Shown: positions 12,940 to 26,468 of the stretch, in pieces
Numbering within the stretch: position 1 is the first letter of the stretch
Layout of the letters: each line of letters opens with the position of its first letter
NCBI RefSeq assembly: GCF_006345805.1
Contig: NC_043008.1
Span: forward strand, 8,618,001-8,682,000
Direction of reading: 5' to 3'
Source of the DNA: Octopus sinensis
Lineage: Eukaryota
Length of the DNA stretch: 64,000 nt
Made by a program: the position numbers and the translations under genes
The notes under the pieces: generated by a model
The model's input: only the letters and a program-made list of their open reading frames with translations
What the model was told of the DNA's origin: nothing
Databases searched by the model: none

Positions 12940-13316
12940 GGTATCCAAATGGAGTTTAGCAACAAGTTATATTTCAGATGTACATATATACTAATGTATG
13001 TATGAATATGAATAGATCAATGCTTTCATGTATTAACACGCCATTCTATTTGTCTGCTTCCCTCTTAAATATAGGAGCAGTTTTCTGTTTTTCTTCCTTA
13101 TCTATGTCATATATCTCTGCGTATTTGACACACATCTTTATATCACCAGATGGAATCAGCAAATATTTCCTTCTCAGTCTCCCATTCTCTCCATCACTAG
13201 CATTATGAATGCACATATATTTGTACATACTTAGAGATAGAGAGAAAGAGAGAGAGAGAGAGAGAAAGAAACAGAGAGAGAAGAGACAGAGAGAAAGAGA
13301 GAGAAAGAAGAGGGAG

Positions 13317-13357
<41 letters not shown>

Positions 13358-13374
13358 CATTTATGTATATATAT

Positions 13375-13440
<66 letters not shown>

Positions 13441-13652
13441 TATATATAAATGCCAACATACAAATATATACATGTGAGTGCATGTGTGTGAATGTGTGAG
13501 TTTGTGTGAGTGTATGTGTGTCCTTATATGCGGGTGGTGAGAGAAAGAGAGAGAGGCATATGTGTATGTGCAGATTCGTTTGCATATATAGGTATTTCTC
13601 GGCAGTTTTAAAGGATGAATAATATTAAATATATAAATATTTGTCTGTTTAG

Positions 13653-13699
13653 TATAGAAACCCTTTTAGATATATGGATCCGACTGCGTTGTTAGGAAT
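13653..13699 (+). CDS. Candidate short internal exon (YRNPFRYMDPTALLG), product unknown
   Basis: Acceptor TTTGTCTGTTTAG, strong donor AT/GTAAGT, frame 0 open. No homology recognised. Confidence 0.3.
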
Positions 13700-15622
13700 G
13701 TAAGTGAATTTATTGTTTCGTTCAATTCTCATAAAATGCATCTAAGTGTATCATACCGAAACTTGGTTTCCTTCTTCTTTTACATGTTATGCTCCTACAT
13801 TCCACAACTGTTGATCTCTGATGTTATACTAATGTTATTCATAAGTGACTCAACGATCTACATATAGTAAATATGCTTTACCAGTTCTGCTGTCTTCTCT
13901 TTCCTCAAACAACGTGACTGCTTTTTGAAGTGACAGAGATTTTCTTTTCTTTCGCAACAGTTTATGTCTCCCAGCGTTTGAAATATTTGTATTAATCTTT
14001 AGCAACACACAGACTCTGAATCTGATGTAGTTACTGAAGTGTTTTCCATTTGTCTCTTTCGCTCGTGGAATTTATGTCTTAACCGGGTGGTATTATCATC
14101 CTGATGGTATGACTTATACTTGTGTTTTGCTAAATAAATTTGAAAGAAGCGATTCTTGTAAATTAAGTATATTGTAGATTATATTTCTCCTTCATAAGCA
14201 TTTGAACTCCATAATTCTATACTGAACAGGTATGTCAATAAACAATAGAAATAATATGTAACATATATGAGCGATTCGTCATCTATATTATATATTTCTT
14301 TCTGTAGAAATACCACCTTACTGCCCTAGTGATCTCAGCAGATTATATAAATTATTGATATTTTTGTTTCTTCAATAACATAATTCAGCTGAATGCTAAT
14401 GAAAGGAAATAGTCGATCGCATTGACGATAACATTTTATATCTACTTCTCTTTTCACCTGGTAATTACGTAGGGCAAAATTTTGCTGACGTGTTTTACAC
14501 TCAGAACCGTCACCATCAAAAATAATCTATATCAGATAATGTATTTAGTGCATTGCTGTAATTCCTCAACCATCTTAGCTGTCTTAGCATTGATTAAATA
14601 TTTAGATTGTCACATTGGTTCTGTTTAGAATTCACACTAATAGCTTAGTTCGAGTCAGAGTGAATTTTAAACAAAATGGAACTGATAACATGCGAACAAA
14701 ACTAAAACACGTTTACGCTTTTCAGCTTCTCGTGAATTTGTAGGAAGTGAAAGTATCAGTGCATATATGCCTTAAACAAAATATAACATTTAGTTGTGAC
14801 AATTAATGTAATAGAGTAGCTTTAGTATAAAAAGAAAATAAATTTAAAAGGAAAACGTAGACGTTGATATATGATGTGATTTGCTTTTTCTGTTGAAAAT
14901 TATGCTTCCTGGTTATTTGTATAGCCTCCAAAGATGCTATTCTTTCCTGCGACTTCATCTTTATGTAAATTCATCCTGCATACTTGAAAAGTAACACTTT
15001 TCGTAGCTCAAATGGATATAGTTTGCAAAGAAAACACAGCACAAGGAGGAAAATAGAAGAATGAGAGAGTGAAAGAGAGAATCGAAGAAGCAGAGAATGG
15101 TTGAGAATAGAATAAAGATAGAATTCCAACAAAGAGATGGAAGCCCATGAGAGATAAAAAGGTAGATACATAACAAAGCAGAATAGTTTATATATACATG
15201 TGTGTATGTGTGTATGTGTCTGTTTGAATGTGTTTCATTATGTATACGTTGGTATATAGAGATAGATATATAGAAAATAGAGAGATATGAATGCATACAT
15301 ATATACAGATATGTGTGATTGTGTATAGAATGTATGCATGGGTCTGTGTTTATGTATGCGTATGAATACATGTGTATATGTCAGTGTAGCAGAGAAAAGC
15401 TACTCACAGCCTAATCATTTCTTATATGCCAGCAGCTACAAAAGGGGACTCTGAGAATCTAATTTGCCATTCAATTCTAAAGAGTGCTGTAGTAGCCAGA
15501 GGCAACATTTTAGAGACTTTCGTAAAAAGCTTCAAAATAAGACAATGATAAAATAACTAAAGCTACAACAACAATGAAAAGAGAATTAGCACATAATTAT
15601 AATTTCAATTTTCAATTTTAGT

Positions 15623-15661
<39 letters not shown>

Positions 15662-15756
15662 CTTTTTATATCATTTACGAACATTCATAATATATGAAAG
15701 TAATTGTGTGTGTTTGTAAATTAATGTATACGTACATATATCTATATGTATATGTG

Positions 15757-15839
<83 letters not shown>

Positions 15840-16119
15840 GATTAGTTCTTTTTTAATTCTATTACCTGAAAATTTTGTTAAATAACAATAGTATTATATG
15901 TAAAAGCAAATTAGGGTGATGACATTGTCATATACGCTTAACAGTAAGGTGAAATTACTAGATGATTCAGAAAGGTAAAAATTGTAAGATTTCTGGCACG
16001 TCTAATAAGGGTTAAGTGTTTTTAATGAAAAGTATTTCGATTATATATATATATGTGTGGGAACGTGTACATCTTTATCCATCTATCGATCTATCCATCA
16101 TTCCAACCATCCAGCCATC

Positions 16120-16123
16120 TATG

Positions 16124-16197
<74 letters not shown>

Positions 16198-16214
16198 CCT
16201 ACCTACCTACCTAC

Positions 16215-16254
<40 letters not shown>

Positions 16255-16325
16255 TTGTCTGTCTATCTACCTATCTATCTATCTACCTATCTTTCTATCT
16301 ATCCATCTGTTTGTCTGTCTGTCTA
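16120..16325. repeat. (ATCT)n/(ACCT)n compound microsatellite
   Basis: Read directly from the sequence. Confidence 0.95.
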
Positions 16326-18014
16326 TCTTCTCTCCCCCTCTCTCTCTCTCTGTATATACACACAAACACACATACGCATATATATGTATAGCTATATCAA
16401 CATACTTATACAGACACGCACACATGCACACATGCACAAACGCTCACACATGCACACACATACAGGAAATAAAGTATATAGTCAGAAATTGATTGATTTG
16501 TTTTTATTTGAACTTTAAATACTTCGGAGAATTGTTTGGTGATAGAAAAGAAAAAAAATTATTGCAATACATTTGAGATTTACTGGAAGAAATATGATAC
16601 ACCAATGGAAAACCATTCATAGCACCACATCACTAAATGGCATTGGATGTCCAATATTTACTCACTTGTATTTCTTATTTTGTTCCCAATATGAGGATTA
16701 TTTAATCTTACCATTATATTTACCAAAACAGAGCGAAATATATGCCGCCTTGCATTCAAAGAAGATCAGAGACATTTTCGTATGCACAGGTGTCATAAAA
16801 TAAGGAACAGCTTCAATATTTTTTAACATACACAATCCTGCTAATTTACTTTCCAAGTTCAAATCCCTTTTAATTTTACTCCAGTTTCATCTATCCAATT
16901 TTCATAATTTTGCAGTACAATTTAAGTACTTGGGTCGAATTAAGAGATTTATTTCTTCTTCCAAATTTGTGACACGGCATTGGCTAATGTAGAAATAATA
17001 TTAATGTATGAGTAAAATTTTAATTATTAAATATACAACGGATACCTGACTAGCTGCATCTGTAGAGACACATTGAGCTGTCTAGATACGATCTTTTACT
17101 TTCTCATGCGGAGGTAGAATTACCTTTTCACTCTTCCGGATAGTATAACAAAATTAACAGTGAAGTGTTAGGAATATACTTCATTATTCTCTGTTCCATT
17201 CCTCCAATTCTTGCCGTAAGCTCCCTTTAAAATATAATTAGATATACTTAACAATGAAGGAAATGTAGATAATAGAATGATGAACGAGAGATATATGCAG
17301 AACATAGTTCAGATATCATTTAAAAGCAGATGATATACAGGGAAACCGATGGCAAATCTAAAGATTTATCATAAAAGAAGAAATGCTTAGATGTTAATAA
17401 AACCTCACAAACTGTGATGGATGAACATGTGACCCCGAATTAATCTTTCCTATTATGCGCGGTTGAATATCTAAAATATTAAATAATATGTTCGCTTAAA
17501 TGCTACTGAGCTGTATCAATACGTTAAAAACATCAACACATAATATATAGTTAGGGGAATTTCAGCACAGAAAATATATTTCTATTCTAAGACCCAGCTT
17601 GATATTGTTGAGATAATTTGAATTCAACCTATAAGCCAAAAATTTTTAAAATCGCAATATTATTTTTTTATTGAATGATAAATGTACATGCATATTATAT
17701 ATATATATGCTGCTTTAAATTGTTAAAGATATTTAAGAATAGAGATCTATGAGAGGAGATTACCAGATTCAGAAGAGTGAAAACAGAGTTAATAAAAAGG
17801 TGATATGTAAGTGACTGAAAAAATATATAGTAATGAATAAAAGAAAGCTTGAGCTTAGAAAAATACAGAGTATACTTAACAATGTGAGCATATGAAGAGC
17901 AATAGTTTTTATAAACCAGAAGATAAAAACAATAAGACGAAATATGAATATACCCAAAACGTAGTGATATGCTTTCCGTACAGTCCAGAAGGAACCCAGT
18001 AAAATTTTGAGAAA

Positions 18015-18017
<3 letters not shown>

Positions 18018-18088
<71 letters not shown>
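18018..18088. repeat. (AAT)n microsatellite
   Basis: Read directly from the sequence. Confidence 0.95.
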
Positions 18089-18522
18089 GAGAAGAGCATT
18101 GTCGATGTGGGAACTATTACTACTCATGTATTTTAATTGAACTTTAAAAAAAAATGAACGAACTAGTGAGTTTAGTTTAATGACCTACCAATGTATACTA
18201 TGAGTTTATCTGCCCTAGGAGTCGGGAAGACACTCGGCAAGAAATGGAAGTAAATTTGAAAGAAGAGGGAAAAAAATAATAATAATAATAATAATCAGGA
18301 TTGGATTATTTTCAAACCAATGCTAAAATCGTAGCATGAAAATAGACGCATACAAGACTGCGTGGCCAAGGTACTACAGTGGTAGTGGTAGCCAACGATG
18401 GCTACCACTGCTATAATGGCATGGTAGTGGTAATTTTAACGGCAATAATGTTGGAGGTGAAATAGCCGTAGAGATAATAGTAACCGTTTCTTCATTAGCC
18501 ACACAGAGCCTATTAATAAGAA

Positions 18523-18562
<40 letters not shown>

Positions 18563-18839
18563 CACAAAATGTTCTATGAAGCAGAAGAGAAGATTATAAC
18601 ACTACACCAAATCGCTAATCCTATGGATAATCTGGAAGCGCATCACTCAAGGGAGAACCAGCATGTGGTCGCAAAGTCCTCCACCAGTACAAAGATTTCT
18701 CGGAATACGAACCTAAATAGTCGTTTGAAAGGAGACTGCCCTAACTCGAGCCCTCTACTTTCCCTGCCACGGACACTTCAAAATGAAATATGAGGATCAA
18801 ATAGACCCGGGAAGAGTATAAAGGAAATCAAATACGCTT

Positions 18840-19010
18840 AGTACTATGCATTAGGTTGGTCATCTTAAAAGAGACACATCGCAAACTCTTACAAAATGGA
18901 GAACAAGAAATCAAGACAGCAGACCATGTTTGAATGAAAAGATGTTAAATCTTCGGAAGGTTATCTTTAGAAATAGTGCAATAATCGTGACAAAGCACAC
19001 AGCTGAAAAT
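18840..19010 (+). mobile_element. Possible highly decayed Penelope-like GIY-YIG endonuclease C-terminal remnant
   Basis: HRKLLQNGEQEIKTADHV* resembles the EH......GE.EKS..ADH.W segment of PLE endonucleases. Many stops; weak. Confidence 0.3.
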
Positions 19011-19790
19011 AACCTAAATATAAATCAGGAAGGAAATGAAGAATCAGACGAAGAGAGTAGCCCGCCACTAGCTTTAATTGAACAACTGTCATTTGAACAT
19101 ACCACGGAAAGGGCCAAGTGGCATAAGGACCACCCTTATGCTGTCACTGAGGGAGAAAATGGGACAGTTTTATGTAGAGTAATATAATAAACTAATATTG
19201 CAACCTCTTCCTCTCCCCTAATCTTGGTGATGATTCTGTCGTTTTCTCAGTGATAATTTTGTTCAATGTTTTGTCGCTCGTAGCGCCCACTAACATACCT
19301 ACATTCTCCCCCTCTCTTTCTCTCTCTCTCTCCCTCTCTCTCTCTCTCTTACTCTCTCTTTTACTCTGACTCTCTCTCTCTCCCTCTCTTACTCTCTCTT
19401 ACTTTCCCTCTCTCTCTCTTTCTCTTACTCTCTCTTACTCTCACTCTCTCTCTCTCTTTCTCTCTCTCTTAGTGATATGTTCTGCTGTTCCATCCTTGCT
19501 TACCTTCAACTCAATTTGAAAATTCATCTCTCTCTTCCAACGATACATTTCGCTACTTTTGAATTCCCATGCTGACTCAAATCAGTTAGATCAGGAGCTC
19601 TATAATGGTAGTAAATATGGAAATAACTTCGTCTACATATAAATTCAAATTATTCATTTTATATTTTCTCCGTAAGATCAGTCCAGTTTTCGAAATGCTT
19701 AAATTTTTACATTGTAACAATTCTCCCTCTCGCTCGTTCCCACTCTTAGTAGTAATCTTCTTATTTTCCTTCTCCCTCTCTCTCTCTATA

Positions 19791-19849
<59 letters not shown>

Positions 19850-19958
19850 ATGCATACATAATTTATATAAATTATATATATATATATATATATATACATC
19901 TTTCTCTCTCTCAGTGATAATTTTGTTCTTTTATTCCTTCTACCACACACAAACACAC

Positions 19959-20035
<77 letters not shown>

Positions 20036-20038
20036 TAT

Positions 20039-20112
<74 letters not shown>

Positions 20113-20472
20113 TGATAGATAGATAGAGAGATATACATATATACACACAAACATGCACACAGACATATGTATATATACATACGACGCGGTGTTGCACATC
20201 TGGCTTTGGGCTACATCATAATACACAAAGATAAGTTAATTACATTTTATTCAACACATTCCCATCTCACATTCACGCGCTTATTGCAGCAGCCCTTCAG
20301 TTATTCTAATTCCTGTAAAAGAACTCAGAATGTTGAGGCTTCATCCAAACCTTTCTCGATGTCCTTAAAGACAGGAAGCCTGGAATATTCGGCAACCCCA
20401 CGCGTGTGTGTATATATATATGTATATATATAGATGTATATGTATGTGTATGTATATGTATATATATATATA

Positions 20473-20536
<64 letters not shown>

Positions 20537-20537
<1 letters not shown>

Positions 20538-20710
20538 ATTAGAGACAAAACCACTATTATGCAAATCAAACAAAGAAATACTTAATCCAATACATAAAAA
20601 AATTTATATAAATTAAATAAAACATTTTATTTAATTTATATAAATTTTTTTATGTATTGGATTAAGTCTTTCTTTGTTTGATTTGCATAATAGTGGTTTT
20701 GTCTCTAATT
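20537..20710. repeat. Near-perfect palindrome: 86-bp arms, 2-nt spacer, one mismatch
   Basis: 20537-20622 is the reverse complement of 20625-20710 except AAATAC versus AAAGAC. It abuts a long (TA)n run on the left. Confidence 0.95.
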
Positions 20711-20804
20711 AATATTATATAATATTTTACTATAAAATTGGATTCAATCCTAAATCTGATTTTTCCCTGTAAATTTGGATTTATTCCCTAATATTTATTA
20801 TTAT

Positions 20805-20839
<35 letters not shown>

Positions 20840-21055
20840 ATATTATATATTATATATTGTTATTAATATCATGAAATCAATATTAGAAAATGCTTCAGAA
20901 AGATATACATGCGCGTAAAATAATTGTATTAAAAATATAAACATATATAAATATATGTAAATATGTATAAGAATACATATATAATTATGACATTTTAAGC
21001 TTCGAATTAAGTTTTTAAAGCATCTTACGATCGTTTCGCAGAAGTGCTGTCCCTA

Positions 21056-21665
21056 TAATGGAATCCTATATTGATAGGCATTTATAGACAACTCTTCTGC
21101 TCTTCCGGGACATAAAATACGAAATTTGTATAATTTATCAAATGGTAGTTTTTTTTTTTATATATGAAGTAATATGGGAAGATGGTGTTAGTTTGAAATA
21201 TAAAATAAAATTTTAAATTACTTCTTTTTGTAAGTACACTTTAGTATGAGAGTCTTTAAGTCCATATATGTGTTTGGTAATTCTTCTGTAATAATCCGTA
21301 ATAGTTACGTGTAAAATCCATTATATTGTCTTGTATTCCAAATATAGTTCATATACCTAGATAATATAGAATAATGGAATCCTATATTGATAAGCATTTA
21401 TGGATAACACTTCTGCTCTTCGGAAATATCAAATGTGAAATTTGTATAATTTAATGAATGGTAGTTTTTAAAAAATTACGAAGTAATATGGGAAAATGGT
21501 GTTTGAAATATAAATTAAAAATTACGAATTACTGCTTTTGATTTTGGTAAGAACACTTTAGTATGAGATTCTTGAAATTCATATATTCCTACTTGGTAAG
21601 TATTCTGCAGCTATCCATAATAATTATATATAAAATCCATTATGTTGTCCTATATTCCAAATATA
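21056..21665 (+). repeat. Diverged tandem duplication, period about 316 bp
   Basis: TAATGGAATCCTATATTGATA.GCATTTAT.GA...C..TTCTGCTCTTC...GAAATTTGTATAATTTA...AATGGTAGTTTT starts at 21056 and 21372. Similarity continues to ATTCCAAATATA. Confidence 0.88.
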
Positions 21666-21927
21666 CTCCAGAAACTTTAAAAATATACAATAAAATATAT
21701 ACACACGTGCGTGTGTGTATAAGAGAGCATTATTTGCGTGTGAAAGAAGGCTGGTGGTCTGGACGTGTGCGTGTGTGTATGTGTAGGTGTGAAAATGTGG
21801 GGATGGCTGTGTGGGTGGTGTGTTGTGATGTGATGTGTAAAGTTGTATGGTGTAGTGTGAGGTTGTTGGGAGGTGGGGTAGGCGAGAGTGGGGAAAGCAC
21901 GGGTGGGGTGTGGGTTCGGCTGAGGGT

Positions 21928-21969
<42 letters not shown>

Positions 21970-22902
21970 GACCTTTCTAAGCAAATATCTGTAGAAAAAT
22001 TTCGAGAAATATAAAGGAAAGGAACATATGGTGATGATGAAATAACATTTGCCGTGACGCACATTCTACACATAACATTCTGAAAATCATTAAATTGTTT
22101 TGCTTATTACAAGTTGTAGTGATTAAGGATTTCAATACCAATCGAACATTTGTTCAATGTAGTCAACAACGAGAGCGTGAAACAATGTGCGACAAATTCA
22201 GATTTTGATTTACATAGTATCAAGGAAATTTTCAAGGAATCTAATTGGAGGAGCAGCTGATGTAACAGATCACAATTTATATATGTTTGTTATATGCATA
22301 CATGGAGTGAGGAACTAAAAGTTTTTAAACGCGGATATTAACTATAACAAGAGATATTGTATACAGTGCACGAAATGGAGGGACGGTTAAGACATATACG
22401 TATATTTTTTTCTGCCCTGCTTGAAACGCGGTATCAGAACGTACACGCATACTCAGGCATGAGCTTCGAGATATTCGTATAACAGGTGTACATTTAAGTC
22501 CCCAGTTAGAATCATACTGCAGAATACTCTCACCATATCTCCAGTCTATAGTGTTTATCATAAAAAAAGAGCAAATGAACAATAATATTTGTTGAAATAT
22601 TCAAACGAAATTTTAAATAAAATGATATGGATTTGAATTTAAATTAGGCATAAAATTCATTCGATTTGAAGACATTTAAAACAATATCTTTATCTGTATG
22701 CATTTGTGTATATAAATTTATGTGCGTCTTTATGAATGTATACTTAAGTATATGTGCATATATGTATAATATGTAGATAGGTATATATGGATGTATTCAG
22801 CAATTAAAATGTTATTAATTTTTTTTAGTATTTGCTTTTATCATAATGAATTTATGAGCAGAAAGATACAAGTTAAATATTGTAATAATGTGAGAGCTAT
22901 TT

Positions 22903-22992
<90 letters not shown>

Positions 22993-23289
22993 TGCGCGCG
23001 TGTCTGTGCGCGTTAACGTATTGTTACTAGATATAATAAAACAAAACCTACACAAAGATATTTTAAATAATCACAAAAAATTATACTACGTACATATTTG
23101 CCGACATATTTATAACGGTTGATAACAGTCAACATGATAATCGCACCATTATGAATACTTCTGAAGAGACTGAATGATATATACAAAGAAAAAATATATA
23201 CTTTGGGAAAATCTGACAATGGTGTGTTTCTTTCGCTTATGTATAAGTTTGCATGAATACATACACGCATATATGTGTGTGTATATATA

Positions 23290-23459
23290 GTTGGAATTTA
23301 CAAAAAGAAAAGACGAAGATGGGTATGTAAACAGATGTATTAGTTTGACGCTCGGTGAAAAAGTCATTTACGTTTCGAGCCTACGCTCTTCAACAGAAGG
23401 AAACACAGATATAATCAGAGAGAGAAAACAAAAACGTTTAGTAGCTAGCGATCAATCAT
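23290..23459 (-). mobile_element. Hammerhead-motif short element related to the 51344 and 63027 copies (diverged)
   Basis: Minus strand CTGTTGA-A-GAGC-GTAG-GCTC-GAAA-CG-TA at 23396-23369, followed by GAGCGTCAAACTAATA. The 3' end runs into (TA)/(CA)n. Confidence 0.75.
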
Positions 23460-23488
23460 AGTAAATGACAGAGGTAGTCGTAAGTACG

Positions 23489-23558
<70 letters not shown>

Positions 23559-23587
23559 AGGGGCGAGACAGACATACAGACAGGTAG

Positions 23588-23621
<34 letters not shown>

Positions 23622-24498
23622 AGCGAGAGAGATAGAAAGATAGAGAGATATATATACATACATATTACTCACCGACATACACACGTAATCCTGAACTGTT
23701 GCAAAATATTAATATTATTACTTAATTTGGTATTGTCTGTCACCGTCCATATATGCTGCTTCTTAGTCTAGACTTGAAATGTTTTATAATTTCATATTTA
23801 AATACTGTAAATATTTACTAATACCATACAATAAATCTAGACTTCATGTATCTTAGTATATACGTTTTAACTGTTTTGCGACTGCATTACTTTTAATTTT
23901 GCCTTCTGATATAATTCTATTGAAACTAAGTGAACCAACCTAGCGCTTGAATCAACTGAAAACCTTTTAGTTGTATACGTCATAAATACCGACTCTGGCG
24001 TGATATAAAAGAGATAACGTGTTATTTTCTGAGATACAAAGTATCAAATGCGTTACAAAAGTCGTGGTCAATCCTCCCTGATCACATTTAGCAATAGAAC
24101 GACACCACTAAAACCTCATATACGACCGGGCTTTATTGCACTTCTACTATCTTCGGAAGCTACTTTGTTAAGTAAATGTTAGTCAAATACAGACATATCC
24201 CGCATTACTACTACTTCACGTTACGGGATTTCAAGCTTTATAAAACTGTAAAACATTAATTTCAGGATGCGGCCTAAAATTCCTCTCGGATGGAAACTAG
24301 TGTTACATGCTTTGACATTGTTTACTACACTTTCCTCTTCGCTGAATGGCCACTTGCATTTTAGTTAATATTAAGGTATTCAATTAACGATTTGAAAAAT
24401 CATCCCATTAGACACAGACATACACACAAATACACACATATGTATTTAATTTACATAATGTAAGTATATACATACAGATATAGATATATATAATACAC

Positions 24499-24765
24499 AA
24501 TGGGACAAGAACGCAAAACATCCGGACAGCTAGGTGATACAAAAAGGGACAACAAACCATCCCTGATAGACGATACAAAAAACAAGGACAGGTCATTCGA
24601 AGCCCTCTATCCTCAGTCAAGCACCAGATTATCGTCGCAATTTCGGTTGATTATTCATGAGATTGCTCCAATCTGGCCAGCCCCAAGAAAATCTAAGCTA
24701 AGAGCATTAGATTCCTTGGAAGAAAGCAGCGAATGTATACAAAAACAAGGACAGAAAAAACGGAC
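24499..24765. repeat. Interspersed repeat, about 270 bp, copy 2 (see 11099-11370)
   Basis: Direct alignment to 11099-11370. Confidence 0.85.
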
Positions 24766-25988
24766 AGTATATATATTTACATACATATGAATGCGTGCAT
24801 GTTGTATGTATAGGTGTATGTATGTGCGTGTGTGTTTCTATCATCAACACAAACAGAACCAGAACCACCAAAAGCGACAGTAATATATACTATGAAGTAG
24901 ATAAGCAAATTAATTTCAAACAAAAACATATAATGTGGTGCCCTAGAGTGTTTTAAAAGTTGAATGAAATAGCTTTCATCTCAGAGCTATGCGGATTGAC
25001 TGGAGACTAAACAGCCACAACAATACAATTAGCAGGAACAATATAATCACCACAATACGAACAATACCTGCCCACCATCAGTAACACCTAAAACAACACA
25101 ACCCACAGCATCTCCATTGTCAACCCACTAACTTTTGAATCAAACTGGCGACAACAGATTTCAGTATGTACGCCTGGGTGTGTATGTGTGTTGGTGTATC
25201 GGTGCATGTGTGTATTGTGTATGTGTGTATGTTTCTGTGTGTGTGTGTGTGTGTGTTTCTGTTGTAAGTCAGAATTGTAAGCGGCGAATTGTCTATAAAA
25301 GCTGGTGTCCCTTCAGGTAATTGTAACCATACAGTAGCATCTCTTTCTCAGTCTTTCACCTTTACATCTCATTTTCATTATCCCATCCACAGGAAATAAG
25401 GCAATTTTCCGCTGTCACAAATCAAATCTTTCCTTAGCCAATTTTATTTTTGCTACATGTTCATTGTGGATAATTAATCGCTGCTGCTGTCGGATTTGCC
25501 TTTGAATTTTAAATTGTCTGGAAAGAAGCTATCAAGTACACCTGAAGGAAGTAGTACGTAAAGGAACGGTAAAGGAATTACACTGGATATTAACCATGAT
25601 ATTTTAAAAAGAATTGATGCTGAAATAATACTAAAATACGTTGCCAAGACATTAAATCTCACATCGTATACAGTGCGAACGTACCTGATAACAGAGACAA
25701 TTATGCCAAGAGCTCAAGAAGCTACTCAGATAACTGTCCGGACCTCATTTCTCCATAGACCTAAGGTAATGCCTAAAATGGAACAACTTTGAATGTATAG
25801 ATGAAGAATCAGAATCGGCATAAACACGATGATAATTAATGAAAGAGATATGACGATCTGCATAAAACGGAAGCTGAGTTTTTTGAGGGTTTTTTTTTGT
25901 AGGAAAACAACATTTGGGCCTGTAAATGTTTGTTTGAAAGATCTCAAAGCATATGAATAAAAGATCGCTTGGCATAATTTATAGGTGC

Positions 25989-26353
25989 AGGAGTGGCCGT
26001 GTGTGGTAATTAGCTTGCTTACCAACCACATGGTTCAGGGTTCAGTCCCACTGCGTGGAACGTTGGACAAGTGTCTTCTACTATAGCCTCGGGCCGGCTA
26101 AAGCATTGTGAGTAGATTTAGTAGATGGAAACTGAAAGAATCCCGTCGTATATATATGTATATATATGTGTGTCTGTGCCACCCCCACCCCCCAACATTG
26201 CTTGACAACCGATGCTGTTGTGTTTACATCCCCGTAACTTAGCGGTTAGGCAAAAGTGACCGATAGAATAAGTACTAGCCTTACAAAGAATAAGTCCTGG
26301 GGTCGATTTGCTCGACTAAACGCGGTGCTCCAGCATGGCCGCAGTCAAATGAC
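25989..26353 (+). mobile_element. tRNA-derived SINE family A
   Basis: Same head, body, internal microsatellite and 3' end as 797-1197, in the opposite orientation. Confidence 0.9.
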
Positions 26354-26468
26354 GTTTCATCCTTTCGTGGTCGACAAGTTAAGTAGTAGTTGCGTACTGG
26401 GGTCTATCTAATCGACTGGCCCCCCTCCCCAGAAGTTTCGGGTCTTTTGCCTAGAGGAGAAAAGAACA
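26354..26468 (+). mobile_element. SINE family B 3' fragment fused to the end of a family A copy
   Basis: TTTCATCCTTTCGTGGTCGACAAGTTAAGTAGTAGTTGCGTACTGGGGTCTATCTAATCGACTGG...GCCTAGAGGAGAAAAG matches 44713-44826. Confidence 0.75.
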
